Source: Camelus ferus
Taxonomy: Eukaryota
NCBI RefSeq assembly: GCF_009834535.1
Contig: NC_045696.1
Coordinates: 104,534,001 to 104,598,000, forward strand
Length of the DNA: 64,000 bases
Direction: 5' to 3'
The translations under genes and the position numbers were made by a program. Below are positions 51,301 to 64,000 of the stretch, piece after piece (position 1 is the first letter of the stretch; the number at the start of each line of letters is the position of its first letter). The notes under the pieces were generated by a model. The model was not told the DNA's origin. It ran no database searches and worked only from the letters and a program-made list of their open reading frames with translations.

Positions 51301-54019
51301 AGCTCTGACCCCTGCAGGCAGCATCTTTCACTGCCTCTTCTCTGCTCCAGTTCTGGGTCCTCTTGACTCCCTCACATAAAGGGAACATCTTGGGTCAACC
51401 AGGCAATAATAAACAACTCTGTGCCTGGGGGATCCATACCCCAGGCACACAGCCCAATCTAAAGCCAGGAAGGCTTCTTGGAGATGTCCAAGCAGCAGGA
51501 ATGACACAGTAGGTACTCCATGATGACTGGCAGGGATGGGAGGAGTCATGCAGCTGTATGACATCCTCTTGGTGAAGCCTTGCCCTGCTCCTGCAGGTGT
51601 CCATGGACTTTCCTGCTGTCTTTAGGACAGGATGAGTTATCTCATATCACTGCAGCGTCCAGGGTGGGATGACAGGCCAGCCCCAACTAGGACCTGAAAT
51701 TCTCATACCCGAGGGAGGCAGGGTAATATACGTGGGGTCTTCTGGGCCACCCCCAGGACTGGGCCTCAGGAGTCTCTGGGGTTCTGGGGCTCTGTGCTCA
51801 GACCAGATCTGCTCTCTTTTAGGTCCTTCTGGTTTTGCCAGAACCTTCTGAGCCCTGAGAACATCTGTCAGAGTGCGCAGGAGGGTTGGCAGGGCCCTTT
51901 CTTGCCACATTCATCTTCAGTCAAGGGCTGTCGTGACTGTAAGTAGTGGGATGCCCTGGGAAGTTGGAGCCATTGTCATGGAGACGCTGGCCCACCACAC
52001 TCCAAAGAAGGTTCTCCACCTTTCCATCCACAGCTAGACTTCTGGAGAGCTGCTCCACTGGGGTGTGAGGAAAGAGGGGCACTCCAGGCTGTGGCAGCCT
52101 CTCCCGGCAGGCCTCTGTGTGTCTGCCCTCACATCTGTGCATCTGGACATGAGAGTGACTGTGTCCACGGGAAAGCGTGTCTGGAGTGCGAGCCCATGGA
52201 GGTGGCGCTGATGTTGCTGGTTTGGGCCAGCGTTCAGACGCGTAGGGTCAGGTAATCTTTCTGGCCCCTCTGGCAGGGCAGTCTGTAACCATCTGATGTA
52301 ATATCCATCAGAGAGTAACCAATGCTGCCACTTTAGAAGATGCATGTGACTGAGTGAATTTAACTGGTAACATTTCAAGCAATTTAACAAAAACGAAGAT
52401 CCGTTAGACACCTACTACATTCCTGTCTCTCTGCTAGGAACTTTAACATCAGATATCTCATTTCATCTCCATTGTCCAGATTAAAGTGCAGGGAGAGAGT
52501 TGCCCAAAACCCCACAGCTACTACGTGGCTGATCTGAGGTCTAAGCCTGGATCCGTTTTGCTTCGTACTGACTGTGTGGCCTGGGCCATGTTCCTCTGTA
52601 AGCCTGCTTCCTTGTGGACTGAAACAGCCCATGTAATGTGGCTTACAGAGTAACTGGCACCCAGTTGGTGTTAATTTCCAATTTCCTGTCCTCTTTTCAT
52701 TGTGTGAAATGATAATGGGGACATTAGTGCAAAATGATTTAAAGTTTTCTTTTTAATGGTGGACAACTGCTTTCCTAGGTATTACCAATCTCGGATCCAT
52801 AGGGAAGAGCCTTCGATCTTGCCTTAGCTCATGGGGAGTTTTGTCAGTTGCAGAGGCTTTGGGTCAAGGATTCCTTCAGGGACCTGCTTTGTGGATCCAC
52901 TCCTGAGCTGTCCATGGGGAGCGACCTCTGGCTCTGCAGACTCCCAGCTCACTTCCTGCTCCCTCTGGTGATGGTTTATATCCATGTTCGTCTTCTCTTT
53001 CAATTCCCATATTTATTGAGGTGTGGGTCCAAAGCAATTTGGGCTGCTGGCCACCATCTCTTCTCCAGAGGAGCTCACAGTCAGTAGGAGAAACAAATGA
53101 TCAGAATTCAGCATGGCAGGTCCTGGAGGACCAGGCACTGAGAAGGGTGGGAGGAGCCCGCAGGACCCAGAAAGACTTCTGGAAGGACACGGTGATGTCC
53201 AAGCTATATCTTCACTAACGCGCATTTTATTAGATGCTCAAAAAATATTTATGGTCACCTTTTCATTCATTCTTAGTCAAAGACAAAAGACATTTGAGAC
53301 GGCAACAAACAGATGTTCACCTACTGAGGAAATAAGTGTAGCCCTCAAGTGAAATAAAACCTCTCCTTGTAACAGTCTGGATACGACCTTCCATCCCCGC
53401 TCTTCCTGGGAGGAGGAGGGGCTGCTAGTGGGAGACAGGAAGTGGGGCCACCCCAGCCTGCCTTCTGTCCCCTGCATCACGCATCATACTAGGCCAGGCA
53501 ACCTCTCATCCCTCCAGCCCACAGGGTACAGACAACACCCTCCTTCTCCAAGACACTTCTGAGGCTGCACCAACCCACACTGACCCTTCACCCCGGAAAC
53601 TTGGCAGCACCTCCTGGATGCCCCAGCATTGTGTCTGATGAACCCACACTGTTGACGGCTTCCTGCCTACTGACACATTCACTCCTGTGCTAAATGCTAA
53701 GTGGATTTTCTCATCTTGCAACCATTCTCTGAGATTGATATTAGTATTCCCATTTTACAGATGCAGAAAGAGAGGCTCAGATCATCAAAACAAGCATGTG
53801 AAACAGCAGACGAATTCCCTGAGTCAACCTATTGACTTAGGAGAGTGAAGTTTCATCTTTAAGTTTAAAAAAAATAAATAAGAGGTGTCTGTTTTCAAAT
53901 TAAAAGTGCCATTCTAAGAAAGGTAAGCTTTATAAGCACACAGTTTAGTAGCAAAACCACTCCTTTGTGTAGAGCTCCTCAGACTTAAGTGTTAGTGGAT
54001 CTGCTCTTCCCCCCACCCC

Positions 54020-54103
54020 TTTAACGGAGATACTGGGGATTGAACCCAGGATGTCGTGCATGCCAAGCACACGCTCTCCTACTGAGCTATACCCCCAGCT
54101 CCC
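54020..54103 (-). mobile_element. tRNA-Ala-derived SINE (Vic-1-like), short form
   Basis: Minus strand gggggtatagctcagtaggagagcgtgtgcttggcatgcacgacatcctgggttcaatccccagtatctccgttaaa. Confidence 0.8.
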
Positions 54104-55835
54104 TGATCTGCATCTCTGATAACATGATGAGAGTCGAGTCTGCATCCTCTCCCTGCTAACTCACTCGGGATCTCACAAAGACAGGCGGGGAGCAGGCCTG
54201 TGCTCCCTCAGATGCCTTCCAGAGTGTGGCTGGAGCATGTGACGGGGTCTGAAGAGACGCCCACCCTGAGGAGCACCTGCTGGGGAGCAGGCCACCTGTG
54301 CAGAGGGTCAGAGGCCTTCTTCTGGAAGTGCAGCCTAGCTAGGGTCAAGGGGAGGATGCTGAGGAAGATGAGCTAGGGGAAGTGGTGAGAAAGCAAAGTC
54401 TCTCTGTGAGTCTCTCTCTCACTGAAGGGAGTGAAAAGGGGTGACTTTATGAGCTTGAGTCCCACCAACCATGGGCTACTCCAGATTCACCCCTTCCATG
54501 TGCCTGTAGTCACAGCACAGGCTGGAGCTGCATGGTTTGGAAGTGGACGCTCACAGGGTCTCAGGAGATGCCTGAGGGGCTGGGTGGGGTGAGGGAGTCA
54601 GGGAGGACTGTGCAATGGGCAGAAATTCTCTTCACCCAGCAGTGCCTCTTAAAGTGCTAGGACAGTGGCCAGTGTGGGCCAATTTGAGTGCAATCACAAA
54701 CGAAGTAACACAGAAATGAGCTGACACATTGTTACGAAGGATGGCAACATGGTGGATGGAAAGGTGCACTGACTGACAAAGGCTGTGAAATGTCTGCATA
54801 ACTAAAGGGCATCAAGTGCCTGTAACCACATAAGGTATAAAATCGTACAAAGACAGGTAGGCAAACACTCCCAGATGGACGTCCAGTGTCCAGTGGGGCC
54901 CGAAGTTCTGCCCCGATCCGTGCAGCTAGGGTGACATCATCACGTGGAGGCTGGGCACTGTCAGGTGTGGGAAGGTCCACTTGCCATTTTCAAGAGGGTC
55001 TTTCCTAACTGTTTCCAGCCTCATCTCCTTCCTCTCTCCTAGACAGCATGGCTGTGTGCCCAGCTACTTTCTAAATACAAGGAGCCACTGCAGATCAAGC
55101 CAGCATACTCCCGAGTGGTCGTGTGTGATGGATGAACAGGAGACTGATGGCCCAGGCTGACCACTTCCCAGGAGGCTCAGGCTTCAGATCCACCTTAGGT
55201 CCACTCTTGGAGGTCAGAGTCTGCAGTCTTAGGTGGACTCAGGGCTCGCAGCTGTCCCTCTGGGCTGGCTAACCAGGCAGCCGGTTTGTTTGAATCCAGG
55301 CAAAGATGGACAGCACTGTGTGACAGCTGTATCATTACTCTGACAGTATTATTATTGAGAAGTGAAAAAGAGATACATAAATGGCCCAGAGTAAACACTT
55401 TACCATCATTATTTATTAATGTTTCATTGTGGCCATTGAGTAAGCTTGAAGGCTGCTAACAGAGTGCAGATATTACTAGCCACCTGAGTGAGACGGAGGC
55501 AGCTCCCTGAAGAGAAGGGGCGTGGCTGAGGATGCAGAGAGGTTGGGTGGAGAGAGATGAATTCCTCAGCTCTGAAGGAGATAACTGATCCCAATTAGAA
55601 AAAAAATCTAATCATAGGTACAATTTTAGAGTGGCTGTGAGTAAGCATAGGACACTGCTGACAGGACCATAAGTGAACGGGGGCTGCTGTATTTCTTGGA
55701 GACTCTCTTAGGGCCTTAATGAATGGGAAGGAATCACTCAATTAGCACATTCATTGTCAGAATGCAAATGTGGCTGCTAACCTAGGAGCTTTGCTAAAAG
55801 TACAGGAACTGTGTCTTTGTTTAAAAGGTAATTGT

Positions 55836-56086
55836 ATATATATATACCAGTTAGCGTCTACAAATCTCGAACTCCCGATTTATCCCTTCCATATAAAATA
55901 GATAAACCAGTTTATACTGTATAGCACAGGGAACTATATTTGGTATCTTGTAGTAGCTTACGGTGAAAAAGAATATGAAAAGGAATATATGTATATTCAT
56001 GTATGACTGAAGCATTGTGCTATACACCAGAAATTGACACAACATTGTAAACTGACTGTACTCAAAAAAAAAAAAAAAAGATTAAA
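55836..56086 (+). mobile_element. Short young LINE-1 3' end with 5' inversion and perfect 13-bp TSD
   Basis: TSD aaaaggtaattgt at 55823-55835 and 56087-56099. 55836-55890 is antisense L1 3' UTR; 55891 onward is sense plus poly(A). Confidence 0.93.
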
Positions 56087-56859
56087 AAAAGGTAATTGTC
56101 CCCAGAGCCCTTGCTGTTTATAAACTGCTATTGGGGATGGCGGTGAGGAGGTTCTGAGGAGGTTCTAAGGAGTTTCGGGAAACCCTGGGCCTCAGAGCCC
56201 AGCTGCATATTGAAGGGAAAGATTGAGTCGGTCTTAAGACCAAACCTCAGATACCAAAGACCTTAAATGGTAAGAAAAGGAGCAATAGGACTTTTCATGA
56301 CGCCTTCATGATCCCAGAACCCACCCTTTCCAACAAAGGATTGTGGATTCAACTGTAGCCCTAGGACCTCCCATTGGCTTTGATTAGTAAAGAATATTAA
56401 TGATGATTTCACAATGAAAAGCTATCACTTGTGGAGTCCTGGGAAAGCATCATCTCTTTTAACCGTCACAGCAGCCCTCGGGTGGGTCCAGTATTATCCT
56501 TATGTTTGAAGCAGGAAAACTGAGGTTTAGTAAGATTAGCTCAGCCCTCGCAGCTCACTCATTGGGGTTAGAACCAGGTCTGGCTCACTTTCTCGCCCAG
56601 GTGTATTACTCAGGTACACATACTGCTACAGGTAAGACAATGGCTGATTTCCGCCCTTAATTTACCCAGCTTTATTCCTCTTCATGCAGCTCACACATTG
56701 GTGCGCCACGAATTTTTGCTTGCTTATAGCTCCCCAGATGCAATGTGTGAGCTCACGTCCAATGCCTTCACACTTGCTGCTTCCTTTACTTGAAATTAAG
56801 AAAAAAAAAAGCCAAAATTTGGAAATAAACAATGAGTATGTGACCCTTTAAGGTCTTGC

Positions 56860-57076
56860 TGGAGTAGACGCTGCAGCTTGTGGACCAAATCTAGCTAACC
56901 ACTTGCTTTTGTAAATAAAGTTTTATTGAAACACAGCCACATATTTTGAAACATGGGTGAAGGCAGATTTTGTGCTGTGACAGCAGAACTGAGTGGTTAT
57001 CATAGACACCTTATGGCCCACGAGGTCTGAAATGTTTACTATCTGGGCCTTTATAAGTATAGTCTGCTGACCCCTG
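56860..57076. mobile_element. MER58A-like hAT-Charlie MITE
   Basis: ttttgtaaataaagttttattgaaacacagccac...tggcccacgaggtctgaaatgtttactatctgggccttta...tgctgacccctg. Confidence 0.85.
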
Positions 57077-59471
57077 CTCGAGGGGGACTTGGCTGTTTCT
57101 ATTTTTAGAAATGTTCACTATTGATTAGGACCCCTGTGTTTTTCCTCCTGCTTACTATTGATTAGAACCCAGAAATTTGTATTCTGTAAAGGTTAGAGGT
57201 TAACATGTAGAAAACATCAGTTTTCTGATAAGGAAGAGAGGTTGGTAGAAAAGAATCTTAAACGTTATAGTTTCATTGCCCTGCAGGAGTCACCCAGCTT
57301 TGCAGCTAATTTATCTGTCTCTTCCCAGCGTTCCTTTTTGTCCCACAGACTATGCAAAATCCCAGTTCTCACAGTCTCTTTTGTGCTGGTCTTGTCATCT
57401 TGCTGCTTCCTTCATTGAAAAGTTAAATGAAACTGCTACGTTCTCTCTCTCTCTCTCTCCCTTCTTATTTTAAGAAATGTATTTTGACAAGCTCTTCCAT
57501 CCACTTCTAATTATGTTTCAATACTTAAATACTTCTCTGAGTTGTCCCTGTCTCTGGACAGTCTTCCCTCATCCCATCCTGGTTACTGGCCCCTCTCTCT
57601 GCCCTTTAAGCATCCTCGGTACCATTTCCCCAGCACTAATTCTCTTAGGTTGGGAGTGAAACAGTAGAGTTAAGGTTGGGCCAATAGGACTAAGCTTTCT
57701 GTGGAGTCTGAGAGAAGAAACTGCTCAGGTGTTGGCAGAAGAGGGTGGGTGGGGATAGGCGTTGACAGGTCCAGGATTTGTGAAACACCTGATTGGTCTT
57801 TTGATAACTTTACTCAATGACTTTTTCCACCTCAAGCAGCTAATCTCTAACTCTGCAGAACTACTGAGAGCCCCAGGCTTCAGTAACCTGGAGGCCAATG
57901 CAGAAAGTCATTGATTACCTGGATGAAAGAAGAAACCAAAGTAAGTGCCTCATTCTGTGCCTACCATCCGCAAAAGGCTAACATGAACTTGAAAGTATCC
58001 TGGGAAAGCATCTGGGAAGAGAGAACCCAAGAAGTTTCTAGCAAGCAAGGATTAAATGGGTAAATGGAACAGAATCACACACAGCACCCGCTGTCACCAC
58101 TTTGAGACAGTGCTATATCACCGAGACGCTCATTATTTAATGTGTCCTTAGGTCTTTTAGAAATATAAAACACGTGGAGGGGATCTCACAAGTCACACCC
58201 ATCCCTACCACGCGTCCCATTTTCTGCATTAGATCTGGTCCCTCCCAACGGGACTTTGAGGAACCCAACAGCCACAGCAAAACTTTGTGCTGAGCGTCGA
58301 AATCTGTAGCTGGCTTTAGCTTCCACATAATACTGCATTTGCAAGTTCGTTTCGCATGAGTGAAACTCCCCTAGCTGTTACTACCTTCTAACATGAGTGT
58401 AGGTTTCTAACAGGTAGTGTTGTTGGCATCGCTAAAGAAAGGTTTGCTTTTCTGAGATGTGCACCTTTCAGCTCTCCAAAGTTATTAACTTTCTTCCTGT
58501 CCACCCCCACCCTAAGCTGCCACCAAGCCAAGAGGCAGAGCCACACTTGCTATTGCAGCCAGCTCACTTTCCCTGGGGATTGCAAGGTGCATGTGTGTAG
58601 AAAGAGGTTCATTATCCCTCAGTCGCTGCCTGACTCTTGGCTCTCCTTCCTAGACTTCTGGCAAAGTTTCAGAAACTGTCATCGAACTGACGCTCTCAGT
58701 CTTATGGGAGACGTCAGTGAGGTGAGAGGCAGGGACAGTCAGAGAAGGCTTTGGAGAGAGATTCTGAGATGCAGGATGCTTGTCTGTGATGGATGGGGAG
58801 ACGTGGGACTGCTCACTCCCCCGTACCCTATGTATCTGTAGAGTCTGGGTAGAGAGAGAAATGTGTGCATGGAACCAAGGTGGGAGAGTAGCAAGCAGAG
58901 GGGACATGAGTACTTGCTGCTTCAACTCTGGGTCCTGTTGTCTTGCAATTAGTTTCAAACACCTCTCCTTTCAAACGTCTGAGCAACCATTTCAAAGACT
59001 TTAGTCTCCAAGATTTCAGATCTGGCCATTCCCGGTCCTCACAGCACAGTCACTACTGCCGCCAGAGATGGGATGCCCACAGGAGTGCCACCCACTATCT
59101 CCCTGGTGAATCTATGGAATTACACAACAAGCGACCAACAAATGTTTCTTGAATTAATAAATGGATTATTCCAATTGCAAGAGGCTTTTCATTTGACAGA
59201 AGGGAACGTGGGCTTTCTTCTCCACGTTGAATTCCTTCAATGCATGCTAAAAGTAGATTCAGACCCAGTGATAAATTAGAGCGTGTGTTTGTGGAGCAGA
59301 GTGAGGAAAACGCAGTCAGCCACAATCACGGCTGACGATCAGTCTCGGCAAAGTCACTGGGAGCCTATTTGTGCCGTGGTGGGGAGGAGGCGGTCTGGGG
59401 TAGCCTGGCTGGAGTTCTGGGACACAGGGAATTTCCCTGTGTGTGCGTGTGACTGACACAGTGGAATCTTT

Positions 59472-59555
59472 TTTTTTTTAAATAGAGGTACTGGGGACCC
59501 AGGACCTCATGCATGCTGAGCACGCACTCTACCACTGAGCTGTAACCTCCCCTCG
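59472..59555 (-). mobile_element. tRNA-Ala-derived SINE (Vic-1-like), short form with B-box deletion
   Basis: Minus strand ggggaggttacagctcagtggtagagtgcgtgctcagcatgcatgaggtcctgggtccccagtacctctattt plus A tail. TSD acagtggaatcttt (59458-59471) and acagtggactcttt (59556-59569). Confidence 0.88.
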
Positions 59556-59830
59556 ACAGTGGACTCTTTAGAGGAGTTCACTCCAGCATAGGTCATTCAG
59601 CAGCAGAGCTGGCCTCTTGTATCAGGCACATTAGGCCAAGATGTGTGGTGTGACTTTGAACCTAATATAAAGGCCATCCTGTCCCCCATCTGCTATTGTG
59701 GCTATGGCCGGCCTTCTTGTTAACAGAAGTCTTCCATTTCTCAGAGAAATTTCAAACTCTGATTCTCTGAGAGAAAGAAAACAGCAAAAGTCATGCTGAG
59801 ATGGAAATGACTAATGGCGCATCTTTTCTT

Positions 59831-60036
59831 TATTTCTTTTTTTAATTCTTTTTTTTTTTTTATTGAAGTGTAGTCGATTTACAATGTTAGTTTCAGGTAT
59901 GCAGCAAAGTGATTCAGTTATACACTCTATGTATGTGTGTATGTATACACACACACACACGTAAATACATAAAGACAGAGAGACGTATATTTTCAGGTTC
60001 TTTTTCATTACAGTTCATTATAAGAAGTTGAACACA
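59831..60036 (-). mobile_element. Short LINE-1 3' tail
   Basis: T tail, then ttattgaagtgtagtcgatttacaatgttagtttcagg...gtgattcagttata. Diverged TSD gcgcatcttttctt (59817-59830) and gcacatcctttctt (60037-60050). Confidence 0.88.
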
Positions 60037-63000
60037 GCACATCCTTTCTTGATGCTTGGCTGGCAGGAGAGGTACGCCAACTGACACAGACACAGGGACA
60101 GACGGGGGAGAGTGCAAGGCAATTGTAGATGGTCTTTGCTGATTGACCCTAAGTAGGCGCATGCATATAAAGGTGACCAGAGAAGGGACAAGCCCTTTTC
60201 ATTTGAAACAGAAGTTTTAAAAGTTAAAATTTTTGCTTTGGGCTCCAGTGCTCCAGAAATGAAATGACAAAGTGCAGTTCTACCTATCCAAGCCTGTGGG
60301 ATTAGACTGAATGATTTCACTCCCGCCCGCCCGAGAGTTTGAAGCCAAAGGACTACAGCTACATCTCATTTTGGTAACTCTACCATTTCAAGAGGAATTT
60401 TCTAAGGGCCAGGGCTTTATAACTTGACCAGAATTGGTTCACTTTGCAAGTATAGGAGGTGGACCCATTACACAACCCCTGTGCCATGGCTCTTCCTTTT
60501 TACCCAAGTGACAGTCAATGCTAATTCATCACAGCACCCTCTGTTCTGAGTTAATATTAAGCGTCAGAATCCTTCTCAACCCAGCTCTCCACGCTGCCAG
60601 AATGAGTTGATCAGACTTGGCTCTTGGGTCAAAAGCCATTTTTTTTTTCCTTCATCAAAAGAAATGAAGAGGTTCCACACAGAAATTCTTCAAAAGTTCC
60701 ACCTCTATGCTTTTTTTTCCCTGAAGAAGCAATTCTGTATAAGGCATTCTAGTAGAGATGCAATAGATCTATGAGCTTTTGATGAAAACTGCTGTGAAAA
60801 CAAGCACCTACAACTAACCCCTTTAACAACAATTCCTGAGAGGCAGATCGAAGGAGATGTTACCTGGAGATCATAAAAGTCTATTTGCTATGACTGCTAA
60901 CTCTCCTTTGCTTTAAGAGGAGAAATGATTCACTGAGGTCTTATCTACACAGAGCTCCAGCCATGCTCAGCGATAAAGAGGGGTAGAAATCTGTGTTTTA
61001 GTGATTAATCGGATGTTTGCTTCACCAAAAACCAGAGGAACCATGACGAGATAATAAATCCATTCCAGGTGACTCACCTTTGCTCACTCTCTGGTTTGAG
61101 ACTCCAGGAAAATGACTGGAGCCCACCAATATGGTGGACTCTGAGGCACCATCTTGTAAATAGCATGAGACCAAACCACACTGGGCTCAAGATTTTGCAA
61201 AACCTCCTTGGGATCTTCAACCCCCTCAGATTGCGTGTCACTGAAATGACTTAATCTCTCCTATTCAACAAGGAAAACTTCAATAGCAAAATGGGGTTTG
61301 TTTTTGATTTGGTTTTTAGTCTACTAGGAGACTCCAAATAAGACATTCTACTCAATGTTTCCATCAATGGTGTTTTGTAAGAAAAGTAACAAGAAAATGA
61401 GTCTGTTCAAAACATGTATGTATGATTCTCAGAAGAAAACAGAATCTGAGCTCCCTTCAAGAAAATGAAACAAAACTTTAGTAAAGCTGTGAAACCCCTC
61501 CCAGGAGAGAAAGGTTGTAAAAAATGACGTTAGGTAAGATATTCTTCCCATGTTTACTATGTATTAGAAGAAAAGAAAATATGGTGGCCTAAGGGACTAG
61601 TACAGGGAATCTGTGCCACTACCTTAGTCAGGTTAAGTGGGTTGGTAGATGCAGAGACCCAATATTAACCATTATTTCAGATTCTGGATCATCTTCCGAG
61701 GGCCATAAGCATTTCATTATCTATTACCCGTCATCCTCACAGCCACATTCAAGGTTGTCATTATCTCAGTTTTGCAGATGAGCACCATAAAATGCTGCAG
61801 GATAAAGTGATTGGCTAAGAGTCATTGGGGAAAGTGAGAGAATGACTGTATAAAGATACTCAAAGAAAATTTTCAGCCCCAATTTGAGATAAGTAGGGAC
61901 TGAAAAGGGCTCAGTTCAGAATTTCTGCATATTTGACTCTTGTTCCTAAACTTACTTAATTCTCTTAATTCAAACCTACAAGCTTATTGAATAACTCCTC
62001 CATGCCAAGCACTGGTGCTAGCAGGGGATACTGCCTAGAAGATCTGAATGGGCAGAACTGGGAACATGGGCAGGCAAAGCACAGCACGGGGCTGTGGATA
62101 CATAGAGGGGATCGAACGGGAGCAGCCAGCAGACAGGGTCACTGAAAACAACAGGGAGGTGCACCTGCCCCATAAGCTGTTGTAACAGCTCCCTGTAGCC
62201 TGTCTTGAAACGAGAATACCCAAAAGAACTTGTTCTGGCTATTATATGCAAGGTAGCTGCATGGACTTGGCTAATAGGAAATTCTAAACTTGAATAAACA
62301 ATGTGGTATCTTGTCTATGACAGCCAACTCACACATGGAATAAACAACTTTGAGATGGTGAGACTCATCTGAATATTTGCACACCTAGGGAAATTAGAAA
62401 TGGCACAAGAAGAGAGAGCAGGGTTTGGGGCTCTGCCATTCCCTGCCATCTCTCATATTCTGTGTATTGATTTGGAAGAGGCTTTTTGAACGTCTCCACT
62501 TACTTCTTTGGATGAAGACCCAACCTGGGAAGCCATGCGTGGTTTCAGAAGGCTGAGATGATGGGCTGTGATAGCTCAGAGTACCATACTGAACCGGCAA
62601 ACACAGATAATTGAGTTACCTGCAAATTGATCATAGTGAAAGGCTTTGGATTTCTTTAAATGAGGAGCAGCTGTGACTTTAAAGTACCATCCGGCAAACA
62701 TATTCATTCCCATTTGCAGCCCTGTTCTGAAGAATCTGAAGTGGGTTGAAAGCAGCCTGCATGTCTGTCCCCTCCACCCTCCTTATTGCATCTGGGAAAT
62801 TCCAAACGGAGATGAGTGGCAGCCACACATGTTGCTGTCTTTAACTACATGCATGGCTTTCTGCTCCACATTCCCAGCCCCACCCCCTTTACTGAGAAAA
62901 TCAACACAGAAACACTAATGACAAATCAGTGACAGATCCTGCATAAAACAGCCTGTATCTACCCATTGCCTCCTTGCCTCGAATCCTCCAAGACTACTAC

Positions 63001-63689
63001 GTGGGGAGAAAACTGGCAGCTAATCAGACCTACTCCTCATCTGAGTCAAGACAGGAGGTAACAAATTCAAAACGGGCAAGTGAGGATCTGATGCCCTCCA
63101 GAACAGAACCTAAGCCATGGTCTACACTGATTTCCCAGTCTCCACATGCCTCAGAAGCAGATGGCATTTGTTGGACACACTCAGATGTGCCCAGACAGCT
63201 CAGATGGGTTCATTCCAAATGGTCCTCCCACTTGGACAAGTCGAAACCCCAGTTCTATCTGTGCTTCCCCAGAGCTGTCAGTGTAGAGATATCACAACCC
63301 CCTCACCTAGTGCCACAAACACGGCATGCATTTGCTCTTCAAAACCTTTGAGCCTGTGCTGCATGCCGAGGAAAGAATGGTGCTGGGATGTACCCGGTAC
63401 TCATGGTATGGTGGGGGTGACAGAGACCAACAGACACATCCACTTGGTGTAGTATGTGCAGAATGTTATAGGAACCTAGATGAGAGTCCAGGAACCTAAG
63501 TGTGTTATCAGGGAAGATGTCTCAGAGGAGATGGCTCCTGCCTGGAATCTCAAAATGTAAGTATGAAAGAATGAGCCAGGGAGTGTGGTAATTTGACCTC
63601 CAAGGGTCAGGTCCAGCGGATGGTTTACCAAAGGCCCAGAGGCCAGAAAGAGCATGACACTTGTAAAAGAAGTACTGGGTGAGCTAGAT

Positions 63690-64000
63690 TAGATCACTGC
63701 TCAGGAAATATTCAAGCACTCTCCCCCTGCCTCCATGGAGGAGTCTACTGGTATGTATCTTGACTTTGGGCAGAAAACATGACTTGTTTTGGCCATTGGT
63801 ATGTTATTAGACATGATGTAAGCAGAGGCTTAAAATACACTTGCGCAGTCAAATTTACTCTTTTGGGCTCCTGACTTTTGCAATAAGAACGTATTTCAGG
63901 CCCAACAATGAGATATGCGTAGAGCAGACCTGAACCTTATCTCATCTGAGCTCAACTCAAATCAGCCAAACTCTGGATGATGACAGACAAGTAAGTAGTA
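63690..64000 (+). mobile_element. Old MLT1-type LTR fragment
   Basis: cttgactttggg...catgacttgttttggccattggtatgttattagacatgatgtaagcagaggcttaaaatacacttgc resembles older MLT1 subfamilies. Confidence 0.7.

Larger units (their letters stand above)
12342..64000 (-). other. CLSTN2: 3' portion (>51 kb) of the long CLSTN2 intron 2
   Basis: No ORF resembling the preceding calsyntenin exon appears in the ORF track. The region is repeat-dense and non-coding, consistent with the very long first introns known for mammalian CLSTN2. Confidence 0.85.

Noticed and set aside
1..64000. CRISPR array, prokaryotic operon, NUMT, intact ERV or other novel multi-gene system
   Set aside because: No regularly spaced repeats, dense ORF clusters, mitochondrial-like sequence or gag/pol/env translation were seen. 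CLSTN2 plus mammalian repeats explain the window.

Overview
Mammalian genomic DNA, very probably from a camelid (inferred from four tRNA-Ala-derived SINEs resembling camelid Vic-1). The window lies inside calsyntenin-2 (CLSTN2) on the minus strand. Three coding exons have canonical AG/GT boundaries and compatible phases: 12341-12146 (196 nt), 11395-11187 (209 nt) and 4382-4233 (150 nt). From recall of the human gene these are exons 3-5, encoding most of the two cadherin repeats. Positions 12342-64000 are the 3' part of a very long intron 2, filled with ordinary mammalian repeats (L1, L2, MIR, MLT1, Charlie/Tigger/Tip100 transposons, SINEs, microsatellites). Nearly all other ORFs in the track are non-coding or repeat-derived. 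I found no evidence for a new multi-gene system. The best second-look items are retrotransposition footprints and RNA-processing hypotheses: an unidentified 213-bp LTR-like insert with L1-type TSD and tail, a twin-primed inverted L1, a tailless 5S retropseudogene, a SINE head that still folds as tRNA-Ala(GGC), inverted L1 ends bracketing in-frame exons 3-4, a candidate recursive splice site and candidate enhancers. Repeat family names come from recalled consensus sequences, not a database search, and repeat boundaries are approximate.
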